Made by a program: the position numbers and the translations under genes. Of a stretch of 64,000 nucleotides of DNA, positions 38,103 through 46,682 are shown in pieces. Under the pieces are notes generated by a model that ran no database searches, was not told where the DNA came from, and saw nothing but the letters and a program-made list of their open reading frames with translations. Position 1 is the first letter of the stretch. The number at the start of each line of letters is the position of its first letter. Source of the DNA: a virus; the IMG/VR virus record IMGVR_UViG_3300028608_000011, positions 20,008-84,007 of that record. One strand, given 5' to 3'.

Positions 38103-39431
38103 CTACGCGGTGAACCCGAACTTGTTGATGATCAATTCCTCTTGTGGCCGACTGAACGCCACGTACAAAAGCCGCTGCCGTTCACTGCGGACTGGGTTGT
38201 CCAGCAGATCCTTGACATCGACCATGACACGCTTGAAGGTGCTGCCCTGGCTGCGGTGGACGGTGATGCAGTAGCAGTATTTCAGATCCGCAAACAGGTC
38301 TTTGAACTGGTGAAGCGTCTTCCAATGATAGCCTGCGTTTCCGCCGCTCTTGCTGGCCTTCTTGGCTTTTTCAGCCAGCTCATTGGTGTAGCGCTGGTAA
38401 CGCTCGTATTCGTCCTCGTGAAGGACATGAGCGAAGACCTGGCGTGCATCAGCATACACAGGATTCAGGGTTACCAGCCACGTCTTCCACTTCTCGCTGG
38501 TCTGCTCATCGAACATGGTGCTCTCGCGCACCGAGGCGACCAGCGACTCTTCGTCAGTGGACAGCTCGACTTCGCCGCCCTTGGTGATCGGGCTGCCGGT
38601 TACCAGCCGCTCGCCGATCTCAAATCGCGCGGCCTTATCGCCGTAAATCTTGGCGCGAATGGCCTTGTTGATGTCGTCAACGCGGTAGTTACGCCAGGCC
38701 AGCACCCGGACATCTTCCAGATCGGTGTTCAGGTCGAACTCGGCGACCACCGCCTGCAGGAAGTCGGCAGCCTTGAGCACACGCACGTTGTGATCCGGGA
38801 TCACGTCGAACTTGAACGCGCGGTTTTCCTTGATCGCCTCGCGCAGCGGGTGGGTCAGCTGCAGGATCCCGTTGGCGGTGCCGTCAGGGTTGTTCTTCTG
38901 GCGCTCAACTTGGGTCAGCTCGCTGGTAGGGTAAAGCCCGAAAGCCTTGGAGTCCTTCTCCTTGACCGGAGGCAGCTGCATGTTGTCGCCCATCAGCAGG
39001 CAGAACACGCCGCAGTTTTCCAGCTCTGGCACCATGTAATCGAACAGGAAGGTCTCGCCGAGCATCGACGCTTCGTCGCAGACCACCATGTTGTAATCGC
39101 CGATGACGCTGTCACGCACCTGAGCGGCGTACTTGCGTTCATCGGTCGGCATCAGCGACAAGCCCAGCGCGCTGTGCGCGGTCTTGAAGCCGATCTTGTC
39201 CATCGGTAGGCCGTACTTGCGGGCTGCTTTCTCAAGCTGCTTCACCGCCTTGTTGGTCGGCGCTACGAAAAGAATCTTCAGTCCCCCGTCGAGGAGGATC
39301 ACTGCGACTTCCATCACAGAAAACGTCTTGCCGGTGCCGCCTTCGCCGATGATGGTGTAGCCCTTGCCGCCATTCTCATAAGCGTCAAGAGCTTTGTTTA
39401 CGGCAATGGCTTGGCCACTGTTCAGCTGCAT
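38103..39431 (-). CDS. dda: Dda/RecD-like superfamily 1B helicase
   Basis: GEGGTGKT, APTNKA, DEASM, GD..QLPPV, TVHRSQGST, YVAFSR. Confidence 0.92.
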   Translation of the reverse strand: MQLNSGQAIAVNKALDAYENGGKGYTIIGEGGTGKTFSVMEVAVILLDGGLKILFVAPTNKAVKQLEKAARKYGLPMDKIGFKTAHSALGLSLMPTDERKYAAQVRDSVIGDYNMVVCDEASMLGETFLFDYMVPELENCGVFCLLMGDNMQLPPVKEKDSKAFGLYPTSELTQVERQKNNPDGTANGILQLTHPLREAIKENRAFKFDVIPDHNVRVLKAADFLQAVVAEFDLNTDLEDVRVLAWRNYRVDDINKAIRAKIYGDKAARFEIGERLVTGSPITKGGEVELSTDEESLVASVRESTMFDEQTSEKWKTWLVTLNPVYADARQVFAHVLHEDEYERYQRYTNELAEKAKKASKSGGNAGYHWKTLHQFKDLFADLKYCYCITVHRSQGSTFKRVMVDVKDLLDNPVRSERQRLLYVAFSRPQEELIINKFGFTA

Positions 39432-39471
39432 GGGTTATCCCCTTATAAATTTATACACTTATAGGGTGGGC

Positions 39472-39500
39472 ACGATAATGAACCGTGCCCTCCCGGTCAA
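39472..39500 (-). promoter_or_regulatory. Sigma70 promoter upstream of dda
   Basis: TTGACC-N17-TATCGT, followed by AT-rich palindrome TATAAATTTATA (39444-39455). Confidence 0.55.
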
Positions 39501-39823
39501 GCGTTCTTTTTGAAGATGCTCACCACGTTGGGTGAATCCGGTAACGCCTGCTTGATGATCGGCCGTGAAGTGCCGAGGGGATGGAACAGGTAGATCACCT
39601 GCTCCAGGCTGTCAGCCAGACTAAGGCCTTCGCTGTAGCCCTGGATGAACGCGACATACGCCGGCCGGAGCTGCTCAGCGCTGAAAGAGTTGATGCCCTG
39701 CTCCGTGAGGCTGTACTTCAGCCCCTCGAAGAATTTATCAATCCAGCGCGTCTGCTGCTCCGTTGTGCCTATGTCGCCGAGCCCCTTGCCGATCATCAAC
39801 AGCTCAGTCTTCAGTTGTTCCAC
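39497..39823 (-). CDS. Hypothetical protein
   Basis: GTG start with AGGAG RBS (alternative TTG at 39850). Confidence 0.7.
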   Translation of the reverse strand: MEQLKTELLMIGKGLGDIGTTEQQTRWIDKFFEGLKYSLTEQGINSFSAEQLRPAYVAFIQGYSEGLSLADSLEQVIYLFHPLGTSRPIIKQALPDSPNVVSIFKKNA

Positions 39824-39860
39824 GCCTTCTCCTTCCTGGCCTGTGGCCAAGTGTTTCTGG

Positions 39861-40670
39861 TTAGTCAGGGATGCCTGTCAGCAGTAGGGCACTGGCACGC
39901 TGCACCAGCTTTGGATCCGCCAGCTGCTTGACGTTGGGCTTGCGCTCGAGGAACTCAGCCGGCAGGTATTGCACCGCGTCAGGGAACTGGGCTTCCAGGT
40001 GCTTCAGGGTGCGAATCGGTGCGAGGATCTTGGTCAGGTCTTCGTACAGTTCGCCGGCAGCGGTGATCACCGCGAAGTACGCCTGCATCAGCCGGTCTGC
40101 CTGAACGCTAAGGGAATAGGCTTCAACGGAGTAGGGCAGGCGGTACTGATCGTCCTTCTTCACCTCGACTTCTGGGTGAAATATTTTGCCCAGGCCCGGG
40201 ATGCTGGGGAGATCCGCGTGGCTGCACTTCCAGCTGTAGTGGAAGTCGTAGCTACCGGTGTACTTGTTTGTGAAGTTGAGGAAGCTGCTCCACTCCTGCT
40301 CCACGGCTTCACGCACCAGCTGCCATTTCTGCATATCTTTTTCGCGTATTTTGCAGACTCCCCGGCCTTCGTAACTGAGGCCGACCTTGCCCACCGCCGT
40401 GCTCTCGGTGGTGTTGAACTTGTCGTTCGGCTTGACCGTTATGACGTCGATGTTGCCCTTCAGGCTGCTGAAGATGCCGTCCTGAATCAACGGGGCCCAG
40501 CGGCTCTGTGGCACCTCGGGGATCTTCAGCGAGATCTGCTTGGCGAACAGCTGGCGCCAGAGTTTGTCCAGCGCTCGAGCGGCCTTGGTGGTGCTGGCTG
40601 CCTGGCGCTTGGAGGCTTGACGCAGCAATGACACGATCAGGTCGCGTTTGACTTCGTTGGTGATGTTCAT
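39861..40670 (-). CDS. Nmad5-like (nucleotide modification associated domain 5) protein
   Basis: N-terminal ITNEVKRDLI and C-terminal IRTLKHLEAQFPDAVQYLP motifs. Confidence 0.7.
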   Translation of the reverse strand: MNITNEVKRDLIVSLLRQASKRQAASTTKAARALDKLWRQLFAKQISLKIPEVPQSRWAPLIQDGIFSSLKGNIDVITVKPNDKFNTTESTAVGKVGLSYEGRGVCKIREKDMQKWQLVREAVEQEWSSFLNFTNKYTGSYDFHYSWKCSHADLPSIPGLGKIFHPEVEVKKDDQYRLPYSVEAYSLSVQADRLMQAYFAVITAAGELYEDLTKILAPIRTLKHLEAQFPDAVQYLPAEFLERKPNVKQLADPKLVQRASALLLTGIPD

Positions 40671-41032
40671 GCTTTACCGCCGTAAATGTTGTTGAAGTGT
40701 TTGAGGATGAGCGGGTACAGCGCTCCGGGTTCTTCGATCTCCAGATCCTTGCGAATCTGTTCGCACTCGGCCTCTGTCCAGATGGCCATGAGTGCGGCCT
40801 CGCTCGGCACCTCCCACATGGCGCCGGGCGTGTAGAGCATCGTGAAGTTCAACGTCTTCCCTACGTTGCTGCGCTGTCGCTTGCAGACCTTGCTGTAGGG
40901 TAGGCCGAGGATCACAGCCGCCGTGATGGTGTGGATGTCCAGCAGCTTTGACGATTTGTACAGCTCCCCGGAGCTGGCCAGCCGCCGCTCGATAGCGGCG
41001 TAATCGACTTCGTGTTGGATCGGCTTGATCAT
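40667..41032 (-). CDS. Mini-protein comprising PolA motif A and fingers/O-helix (motif B) only
   Basis: DYAAIERRLA...DIHTITAAVILGLP..V..QR..GKTLNFTMLY aligns by eye with Pol I DYSQIELR...[29 protein letters not shown]. Confidence 0.75.
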   Translation of the reverse strand: MIKPIQHEVDYAAIERRLASSGELYKSSKLLDIHTITAAVILGLPYSKVCKRQRSNVGKTLNFTMLYTPGAMWEVPSEAALMAIWTEAECEQIRKDLEIEEPGALYPLILKHFNNIYGGKA

Positions 41033-41460
41033 TTATGGGCCTCGGGGTCTTTGATGTGCTTGTCGAACAATTTCTTGTGACGACGAGCAAAGCGGGCGGT
41101 GTGGGCGATGGCATACAACAGGGCCAGCGACAGCACGATAGGGTAAAAATTTACGGTGACGCAGATAGCCATCGGAATAGCCCCGACAACTACACACGAT
41201 CGCGCAAGCAGGTCGGCGCCGCGAATATCCTCCTTGCCTTCCTTCTGGAATCGCTCGTAGGAGTCGCTGTACTCGTAGCCGCACAGCGTGCCGATCAACG
41301 TCATCATCGGCCATGGGCCTTCAGGCTTGCGGTCATCTACCCATAACAGCGCGGTTTTCACCGCCTCTGTGGCTGCCGAGAGGGTGAAGAACAGCGCGGC
41401 CATTGCCACGCCCATCAGGATCATGGCGAGGAACATTCTTTCCGGTGGTAGATCAGTCAC
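41029..41460 (-). CDS. Membrane protein
   Basis: 2-3 hydrophobic segments, basic C-terminus; overlaps both neighbours. Confidence 0.7.
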   Translation of the reverse strand: MTDLPPERMFLAMILMGVAMAALFFTLSAATEAVKTALLWVDDRKPEGPWPMMTLIGTLCGYEYSDSYERFQKEGKEDIRGADLLARSCVVVGAIPMAICVTVNFYPIVLSLALLYAIAHTARFARRHKKLFDKHIKDPEAHK

Positions 41461-41879
41461 TTTAGGTACTCCTTTCTGATTCGCCGAAGCGAGGTTGCAT
41501 GGCTCAAGCCCTTCCAGGCGTAGAGCCTGGCCGAGCCGTCTGCCAAGAAGTGGATCTGCTCCGTCCAGCTGTAGGTGTAGGCACCTGACAGGCTCAGCGA
41601 CTGGTCGGCACGTTTGGCCAGCGCCAGACGAGTTTCTTCGCCGGTGCCGGCCGCAAACAGTTCGAATATTCCGCGCTGCGCCGCGGGGGTCAGCATCACG
41701 GAGCAAAAGCGCGGGTCTTTGGCAAATTCAAGCAGCTGGTCGTAGGGGATGAACTTCTCCTTTTCCCAGCGCTTTATGAATTTTTCCAATGCCTTGCGTG
41801 AACTTCTTGTAGCTGTTTCAAGCAGCGACTGGCCCGGACGTGCCGGCCAGGTAGGCTGCAATATCGTGTTGACGTCCAC
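41457..41879 (-). CDS. Hypothetical protein (start uncertain)
   Basis: GTG start with GAGGAG RBS; coupled downstream. Confidence 0.6.
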   Translation of the reverse strand: MDVNTILQPTWPARPGQSLLETATRSSRKALEKFIKRWEKEKFIPYDQLLEFAKDPRFCSVMLTPAAQRGIFELFAAGTGEETRLALAKRADQSLSLSGAYTYSWTEQIHFLADGSARLYAWKGLSHATSLRRIRKEYLK

Positions 41880-42408
41880 GCTCTTGCTCCTCGGTGCGGT
41901 TCGGTACGAAGACCCAGGCCTGCACAAAGCAGCCCTGTTCGATCGGCATGACTTCAGGGTTGGCGTCCAGCACCACGATGTCGGAAGCCGCTTTGGCAAT
42001 TTCCTTGGCCCGCTCCCTCGCATCCGCCATCTTCAGCCGGTTGCGCATCACTTCAGCGTTGACCTTGAGCAGTTTGCTGAGAGGGTATTGCTGGCCGATG
42101 ACCAGCAGCAGTTCAAGATCTTGCTCGCTCAAGCCCTCCATCGGCTTGGTGCCCTTCTCGAAGAAGCGGATCAGCTCGGCCCGCCAGTATTTAGGCGACA
42201 GCTGCATGCACTTCATCAGCACCAGACACTGCTCCACTGACAGCTCGCCGTGCTTCGTCAACGGGACGACTCGAAAACCGGCGTCCTTGTCGGTGTTTAC
42301 GCGCAGCTCTGCGTAGAGCTGCGCCTCTTCCTCGGAGCTGAACTTGCCGCCCGGAGACCAGTAGCCTTTACGGCGCCACTGGATTTGATGGGTGAAAGCA
42401 CAGCTCAT
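41818..42408 (-). CDS. Hypothetical protein
   Basis: ATGA coupling to upstream gene. Confidence 0.7.
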   Translation of the reverse strand: MSCAFTHQIQWRRKGYWSPGGKFSSEEEAQLYAELRVNTDKDAGFRVVPLTKHGELSVEQCLVLMKCMQLSPKYWRAELIRFFEKGTKPMEGLSEQDLELLLVIGQQYPLSKLLKVNAEVMRNRLKMADARERAKEIAKAASDIVVLDANPEVMPIEQGCFVQAWVFVPNRTEEQERGRQHDIAAYLAGTSGPVAA

Positions 42409-42803
42409 GGTTCAACCCCAAATATCGCTTCCAGATTGTCCAGCAGTGGATAAATATCCACTCCACCGAGGAACGCCGCATCCGCTCCGACGTTTTTCAC
42501 TTTCTGCAGGGCAAACAGCAGGCTGCGAAGCGGTGCTTCATGTTCCTTGCCTATACCCTTCGGCGTTTTGGAATCGAGCAGCGCTTGAGCCTTGGCACGG
42601 TCGAGCCAGACGATGAAAGCCATCTTCTGCATCTTCATCTGGCCTAGCAGCGCGCCCATGTCATCGAGCTTTTCTTCCGTGACGAAGGTCACGTCTGCAT
42701 TCGCCCCCTTGTTGCGGCTCTGGTACTTGAGCATGCACTGATCAAGTGCCTGAATGCCGCTGTCATGATCCATCAGCACCATGTTTTGAATTGATACACC
42801 CAT
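42405..42803 (-). CDS. Hypothetical protein
   Basis: GAGGTG RBS. Confidence 0.7.
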   Translation of the reverse strand: MGVSIQNMVLMDHDSGIQALDQCMLKYQSRNKGANADVTFVTEEKLDDMGALLGQMKMQKMAFIVWLDRAKAQALLDSKTPKGIGKEHEAPLRSLLFALQKVKNVGADAAFLGGVDIYPLLDNLEAIFGVEP

Positions 42804-42811
42804 GATTCACC

Positions 42812-43291
42812 TCAGATAACGAGAGCAGGTTGAGCGGTGGTTTCATCGAAGCCGGCGTTGAGGGCCAGCACCAGGTCAATGGCACGTTCGCAGGCGTCTT
42901 CGTCGGTCAAGGGCTCGGCCGATTCGATGACGACGTAGTGGTTCAAGCTGTGGTATCCCTCGCGCGGCGGCCGCGGGTTCAGGAACTTCACCACCTTGGT
43001 CACCACGGGTTCTTCGAAGTCCCAGCAGACGATCTTGTGGAAATGGCCACCGTAGTGGTGGTTGTCGGCGTGCAGCTTGTAATCAGCTGGGTTGAAGTCC
43101 GGCATCTCTACCTGCCGCCAGTCCTCGCCGGTTTCATCCGACGGGTGAGCGTGGGCCAGGTGAGGCTTACCGTCGGTGTAATGCACGCCTTCGTTCATCC
43201 ACACCGTGCGGTAGTCAACGCCCTTGGGGGTGCCGCGGTAAACATGCAGGTGCTCGGCAACGAGCGCTTTGATCTGGTCAATCTGCAGCAT
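42812..43291 (-). CDS. Hypothetical protein
   Basis: GGAG RBS; His-rich. Confidence 0.7.
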   Translation of the reverse strand: MLQIDQIKALVAEHLHVYRGTPKGVDYRTVWMNEGVHYTDGKPHLAHAHPSDETGEDWRQVEMPDFNPADYKLHADNHHYGGHFHKIVCWDFEEPVVTKVVKFLNPRPPREGYHSLNHYVVIESAEPLTDEDACERAIDLVLALNAGFDETTAQPALVI

Positions 43292-43739
43292 TTTCGGAAC
43301 TCCGCAGGTCAACAATCAGTTGGTCGATGGGGTTGCGTGGCTCGCTGTCGGCTGTGGGCAGCCCGCGGGTCACCTGTATCTCACGGATCAGGTGAGGCTG
43401 TTCTGGTGTGGACAAGGCCTTGAGCAACTTGTCCAGCGCGCTGCGATCGACCACACAAGTGGTCTGGAAGTAGCCATACTTGCGGAGAGCGTGGAACAGA
43501 GCCAAGACATCTGCATCACTAAGCGGCTCATTCTCGGCCTCTACGCACTTCAGCAGCTCCCGCATCAGGGCATTTGCCGTGGTTTTCCCAAGGTCTACAG
43601 CCTGGTGCTGGCCCTCATGGATCCGTCGCTCCTGCAGTTCATCGCACAGCAGGATTACGTCGCCGAAGCCATACGTTTGGTCGTTGTCTTCGGCAGCCGC
43701 GCGGATCGCGGCGATGTGTTTGTCACTCAGTCGTGGCAT
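43278..43739 (-). CDS. Hypothetical protein
   Basis: Tiled operon ORF; QPHLIREIQVTR..NPI motif. Confidence 0.7.
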   Translation of the reverse strand: MPRLSDKHIAAIRAAAEDNDQTYGFGDVILLCDELQERRIHEGQHQAVDLGKTTANALMRELLKCVEAENEPLSDADVLALFHALRKYGYFQTTCVVDRSALDKLLKALSTPEQPHLIREIQVTRGLPTADSEPRNPIDQLIVDLRSSENAAD

Positions 43740-44307
43740 GTTGGTGCTCCGGGTGTCGGCTGCACTTGCAGCTGGCCAGGTATTTTTTCACCGCGGTCTT
43801 CGCTGAGACCTTGGCGGGCTGTTTCGGGATCTTGCAATCGAGGATGCACAGGCAGCCGCTCTCGAAGTAATCCCGGGTCAGTTCGTCGTCCGACTTGCGA
43901 ACCGCGAAGGCCCGTTGCACGCTGTCCAGCTCTGCTTCGCGGCCGGCGCGGTCAGTGGCACCGAACCAGCCAACCTCGCCGCTGGCCGTGAACTGCTGAA
44001 TGAACACCATGTGCTCGCGCGGGATCACCTTCCCGGCCTCGAGAATCTTCCAGCCCTCCGGTGGTGGAGGCACCGGAATGCCGTGGCGCATCGTTCGGTA
44101 TCGGCCTTTGCAGCGCATCTGGTCGCGCTCGCTGCCCCACTCAACCCACTCCCACAACGGCTTGCCGTTGCTGACCATGCACATGCCGGCGTAGCGCCGC
44201 TGCTGGCGCACCATCAGCACGCCCTTGACGTACTTCTCGTCGCCGGCCTTTGGAGTACGGCGCTCAGGGCCGTAGCTGTAGGTGATTCGGTCAATCCGCG
44301 GTTCCAT
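43723..44307 (-). CDS. Hypothetical protein
   Basis: AGGAGG RBS; tiled operon ORF. Confidence 0.7.
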   Translation of the reverse strand: MEPRIDRITYSYGPERRTPKAGDEKYVKGVLMVRQQRRYAGMCMVSNGKPLWEWVEWGSERDQMRCKGRYRTMRHGIPVPPPPEGWKILEAGKVIPREHMVFIQQFTASGEVGWFGATDRAGREAELDSVQRAFAVRKSDDELTRDYFESGCLCILDCKIPKQPAKVSAKTAVKKYLASCKCSRHPEHQHATTE

Positions 44308-44563
44308 CAGGCACCTCCTGAAGTGGCGGTAGCGTGCTCACGTCAAAGTCCAGGTTCTTCAACTGCTCAAGCATTACCCGCGATTTTTCTTGCAGGGTCT
44401 TCTTGGCCTCGCGAATAGCCCCTTTTCGGAACTCATCTTTGTAGGTGCCAAGAACCTGCACGGTCAGGTTACTGCCGGTCTGGACGGTCTCGTACAGCTT
44501 GGCGAGCGCCTCCCAGTCGCAGAGCAGGTCATGAATCTTTTTGTGATTCTGCAGGGTCAGCAT
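44291..44563 (-). CDS. Hypothetical protein
   Basis: AGGAG RBS. Confidence 0.65.
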   Translation of the reverse strand: MLTLQNHKKIHDLLCDWEALAKLYETVQTGSNLTVQVLGTYKDEFRKGAIREAKKTLQEKSRVMLEQLKNLDFDVSTLPPLQEVPDGTAD

Positions 44564-44894
44564 CAGCCTTCTCCTTTTTGGCGATCACCCGGATGTCCTG
44601 ACCCCGCACCGTGAACTCGCGGTTCTTGCGCTTGGAGAGGACGCGGTACTTGTCGGCGCGCTCGTCATAGCTGACGACTTTGCCCTTGTCAGTCTCGGTG
44701 CCGACGTTCCAGGTGACCACCTGGTTGACCTCGATGTCCGGCACCGGCATACCGGCGTTGGTCAGCGCGATGTCGATCGCCTTGCGGAAGTTCTTCGAGG
44801 ACAGGTTGGTGATGTCGGTCGGCAGCTTGGCCAGCACGTCGATCTGTGCCTGGCTCAGCGCCTGCCCTTTGAAGATCATTTCGTGGTCGAGCAT
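44529..44894 (-). CDS. Hypothetical protein with SH3/KOW-like C-terminus
   Basis: VNQVVTW..GKVV..YRV pattern; GGAG RBS. Confidence 0.65.
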   Translation of the reverse strand: MLDHEMIFKGQALSQAQIDVLAKLPTDITNLSSKNFRKAIDIALTNAGMPVPDIEVNQVVTWNVGTETDKGKVVSYDERADKYRVLSKRKNREFTVRGQDIRVIAKKEKADADPAESQKDS

Positions 44895-45778
44895 GGTGGA
44901 TTCTCCAGATCGTGGATTTTTTGAGTGAGGTCATCGATCTCTTCGCAGATCTCGCCATACTCACCTTCGGTGGTGTCACCGGTCATTGTGCCGTGCTGGT
45001 CAGCACGCTCCTGCAACTGGCCGCGGCGCTCCCGCAGCTGCTCAGCTGTAGGGACGTCGATCGTCCCGTACTCGCGCATGTTGCTGTTCATTCGGTCAGC
45101 GTCTTCCAAGGCCTCGGCCATCTCCTTTGGCGAGGGGATGTACTCGTCGCCGTGCACACCGTCACCGCCCGCGGCCGGATCACCCGGGGTCATTGCCGCG
45201 TCGAAACGGAACCCCACCCCGCCGGGAATGCACTCGGTGCACGCCGTTTCAATCGGCTGCCCTTCGTGATCCTTGTCGGTAGTGGTCAGCACGCGGCTAC
45301 CCTTGCAGGCTGCACAGTCCCATGTCACCGCCTCGGTGCCGGGTGAAAGCTGCGCTGGGTCACCCTTTGCAGTGACCTCGAATTCTTTCAGCTTGCTCAT
45401 GTCCATGGACAGGCTGGCCACGCTCATCTGGGCGACGACCATGGCCTGCAGAAAGTTCATCGCCCCGACCTTTTTGAAGATCAGGTGATGCAGGGATGCG
45501 CGAGCCAGCCGCCGTACTGCATCGCTGGACATACTCGCAGCGGAGTTCTCGGTCAGCCGGTTCCGGCTGTTGGGATGCAGCAAGACCGCCTTTACATCGT
45601 AACCGGTGCCCAGCTCGCTGATCGCCAAGGGACGCTGCAGGCCCTTGATACGCCCAGCCTTTGGATGCAGGGCGAATTCAAACTCCACCCCGCCGATGTT
45701 GAGCTTCCACTGATGGAAGCAGGGCACATCGACCAAGCCCGTAACGGTGCGGATTTGCACAATGCTTTTAGGTTTCAT
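44876..45778 (-). CDS. Hypothetical protein with zinc finger
   Basis: CAACKG...CTEC; acidic C-terminus. Confidence 0.7.
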   Translation of the reverse strand: MKPKSIVQIRTVTGLVDVPCFHQWKLNIGGVEFEFALHPKAGRIKGLQRPLAISELGTGYDVKAVLLHPNSRNRLTENSAASMSSDAVRRLARASLHHLIFKKVGAMNFLQAMVVAQMSVASLSMDMSKLKEFEVTAKGDPAQLSPGTEAVTWDCAACKGSRVLTTTDKDHEGQPIETACTECIPGGVGFRFDAAMTPGDPAAGGDGVHGDEYIPSPKEMAEALEDADRMNSNMREYGTIDVPTAEQLRERRGQLQERADQHGTMTGDTTEGEYGEICEEIDDLTQKIHDLENPPCSTTK

Positions 45779-46212
45779 TTCCAGTCCTTGCTATCGAGCC
45801 AGCGGTTGATGTCGTACTTCATGCTCGGGCAGACCTTGTGGTCGTCGAGCGCTGCCGCCATCCAGCCACCTACCAACAGGTCTTCGGGGCTGACAGGGTA
45901 GGCGCGACTTGGCAGGCCGAGGATCTCGACCTTGCGCGCCGTGGTGCGGTTGATCTTGCGATTGTCGATGACCGCCTGCCAGCTGGCCGCCACCTCTTGG
46001 GCGGTGGCCAGATCCGGCGCTACCTCGAAAGCCTCTCGGCCGCCGACGTCGGTGACCATGACGCCCAGCGGCACGTCGATCTGGACGTTACGCAGTGAGG
46101 ACTGGCCATGCCACCAGTCCGCGTGGCGTTTGGCTCTTTCCGGGTCGGTGAACCACTCGGTGTGGCCAGGCAGGTTGCCGTTGGTGTTGTCAGCAGTTAC
46201 ACGGATTCGCAT
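45775..46212 (-). CDS. Hypothetical protein
   Basis: Tiled operon ORF. Confidence 0.65.
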   Translation of the reverse strand: MRIRVTADNTNGNLPGHTEWFTDPERAKRHADWWHGQSSLRNVQIDVPLGVMVTDVGGREAFEVAPDLATAQEVAASWQAVIDNRKINRTTARKVEILGLPSRAYPVSPEDLLVGGWMAAALDDHKVCPSMKYDINRWLDSKDWK

Positions 46213-46682
46213 GCGTCACCGCCTTTCGCTTCAACTGTCATTTCGAAACCCACGAACACCGCGCCGCTGGCGTCCATCGGCCCGCCGCTACCCTCCGCGG
46301 TGTGCTGATTGGCAAAGCCGGCCAGGTGATCCTCGAGGGCAGCCTTGGCTGCCTCGATGTTCTTGCCTTCTACGTTCACCTTGCCTACGAAGCGCAGGCT
46401 GTAGCTCAGGTGCTGCACACCCGCCACAGACGCATCGGGCTGGCAGGTGGGTTGGGCAACCACCTTCCAAGCCACGTTGTGGCCTGGCAGATCGCCCAGC
46501 ATGCAGTTGCTGGCGCAGTTGCCGTGGGGGTCAACCTGAATAGGGCCGCAGCCCTCGCAGATTGTGGATACGGCCAGCCCTTTATCCCAGCTCTCGTGAG
46601 AGGTAAGGCCCGCGAGGTCATTTTGTTCAGCCGCTTCTGGGCCGAACATGTCTTCCGTGCACTTCTTGCAAAAGTCAGCCAT
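46197..46682 (-). CDS. Cys-rich conserved phage hypothetical protein
   Basis: MADFCKKC...CEGCG...GNC..C; TAATG coupling to the methyltransferase. Confidence 0.75.
   Translation of the reverse strand: MADFCKKCTEDMFGPEAAEQNDLAGLTSHESWDKGLAVSTICEGCGPIQVDPHGNCASNCMLGDLPGHNVAWKVVAQPTCQPDASVAGVQHLSYSLRFVGKVNVEGKNIEAAKAALEDHLAGFANQHTAEGSGGPMDASGAVFVGFEMTVEAKGGDACESV

Noticed and set aside
19520-40670. 2-aminoadenine (Z) or other hypermodified-base pathway suggested by MazG, Nmad5, ThyX and dNMP kinase
   Set aside because: No PurZ, HD dATPase, hydroxymethylase, glycosyltransferase or 7-deazaguanine genes recognised in this window
40667-41032. PolA pseudogene or half of a split polymerase
   Set aside because: No flanking PolA remnants or complementary motif C gene seen; the ORF is intact and coupled, and a complete PolA exists at 25417-29073
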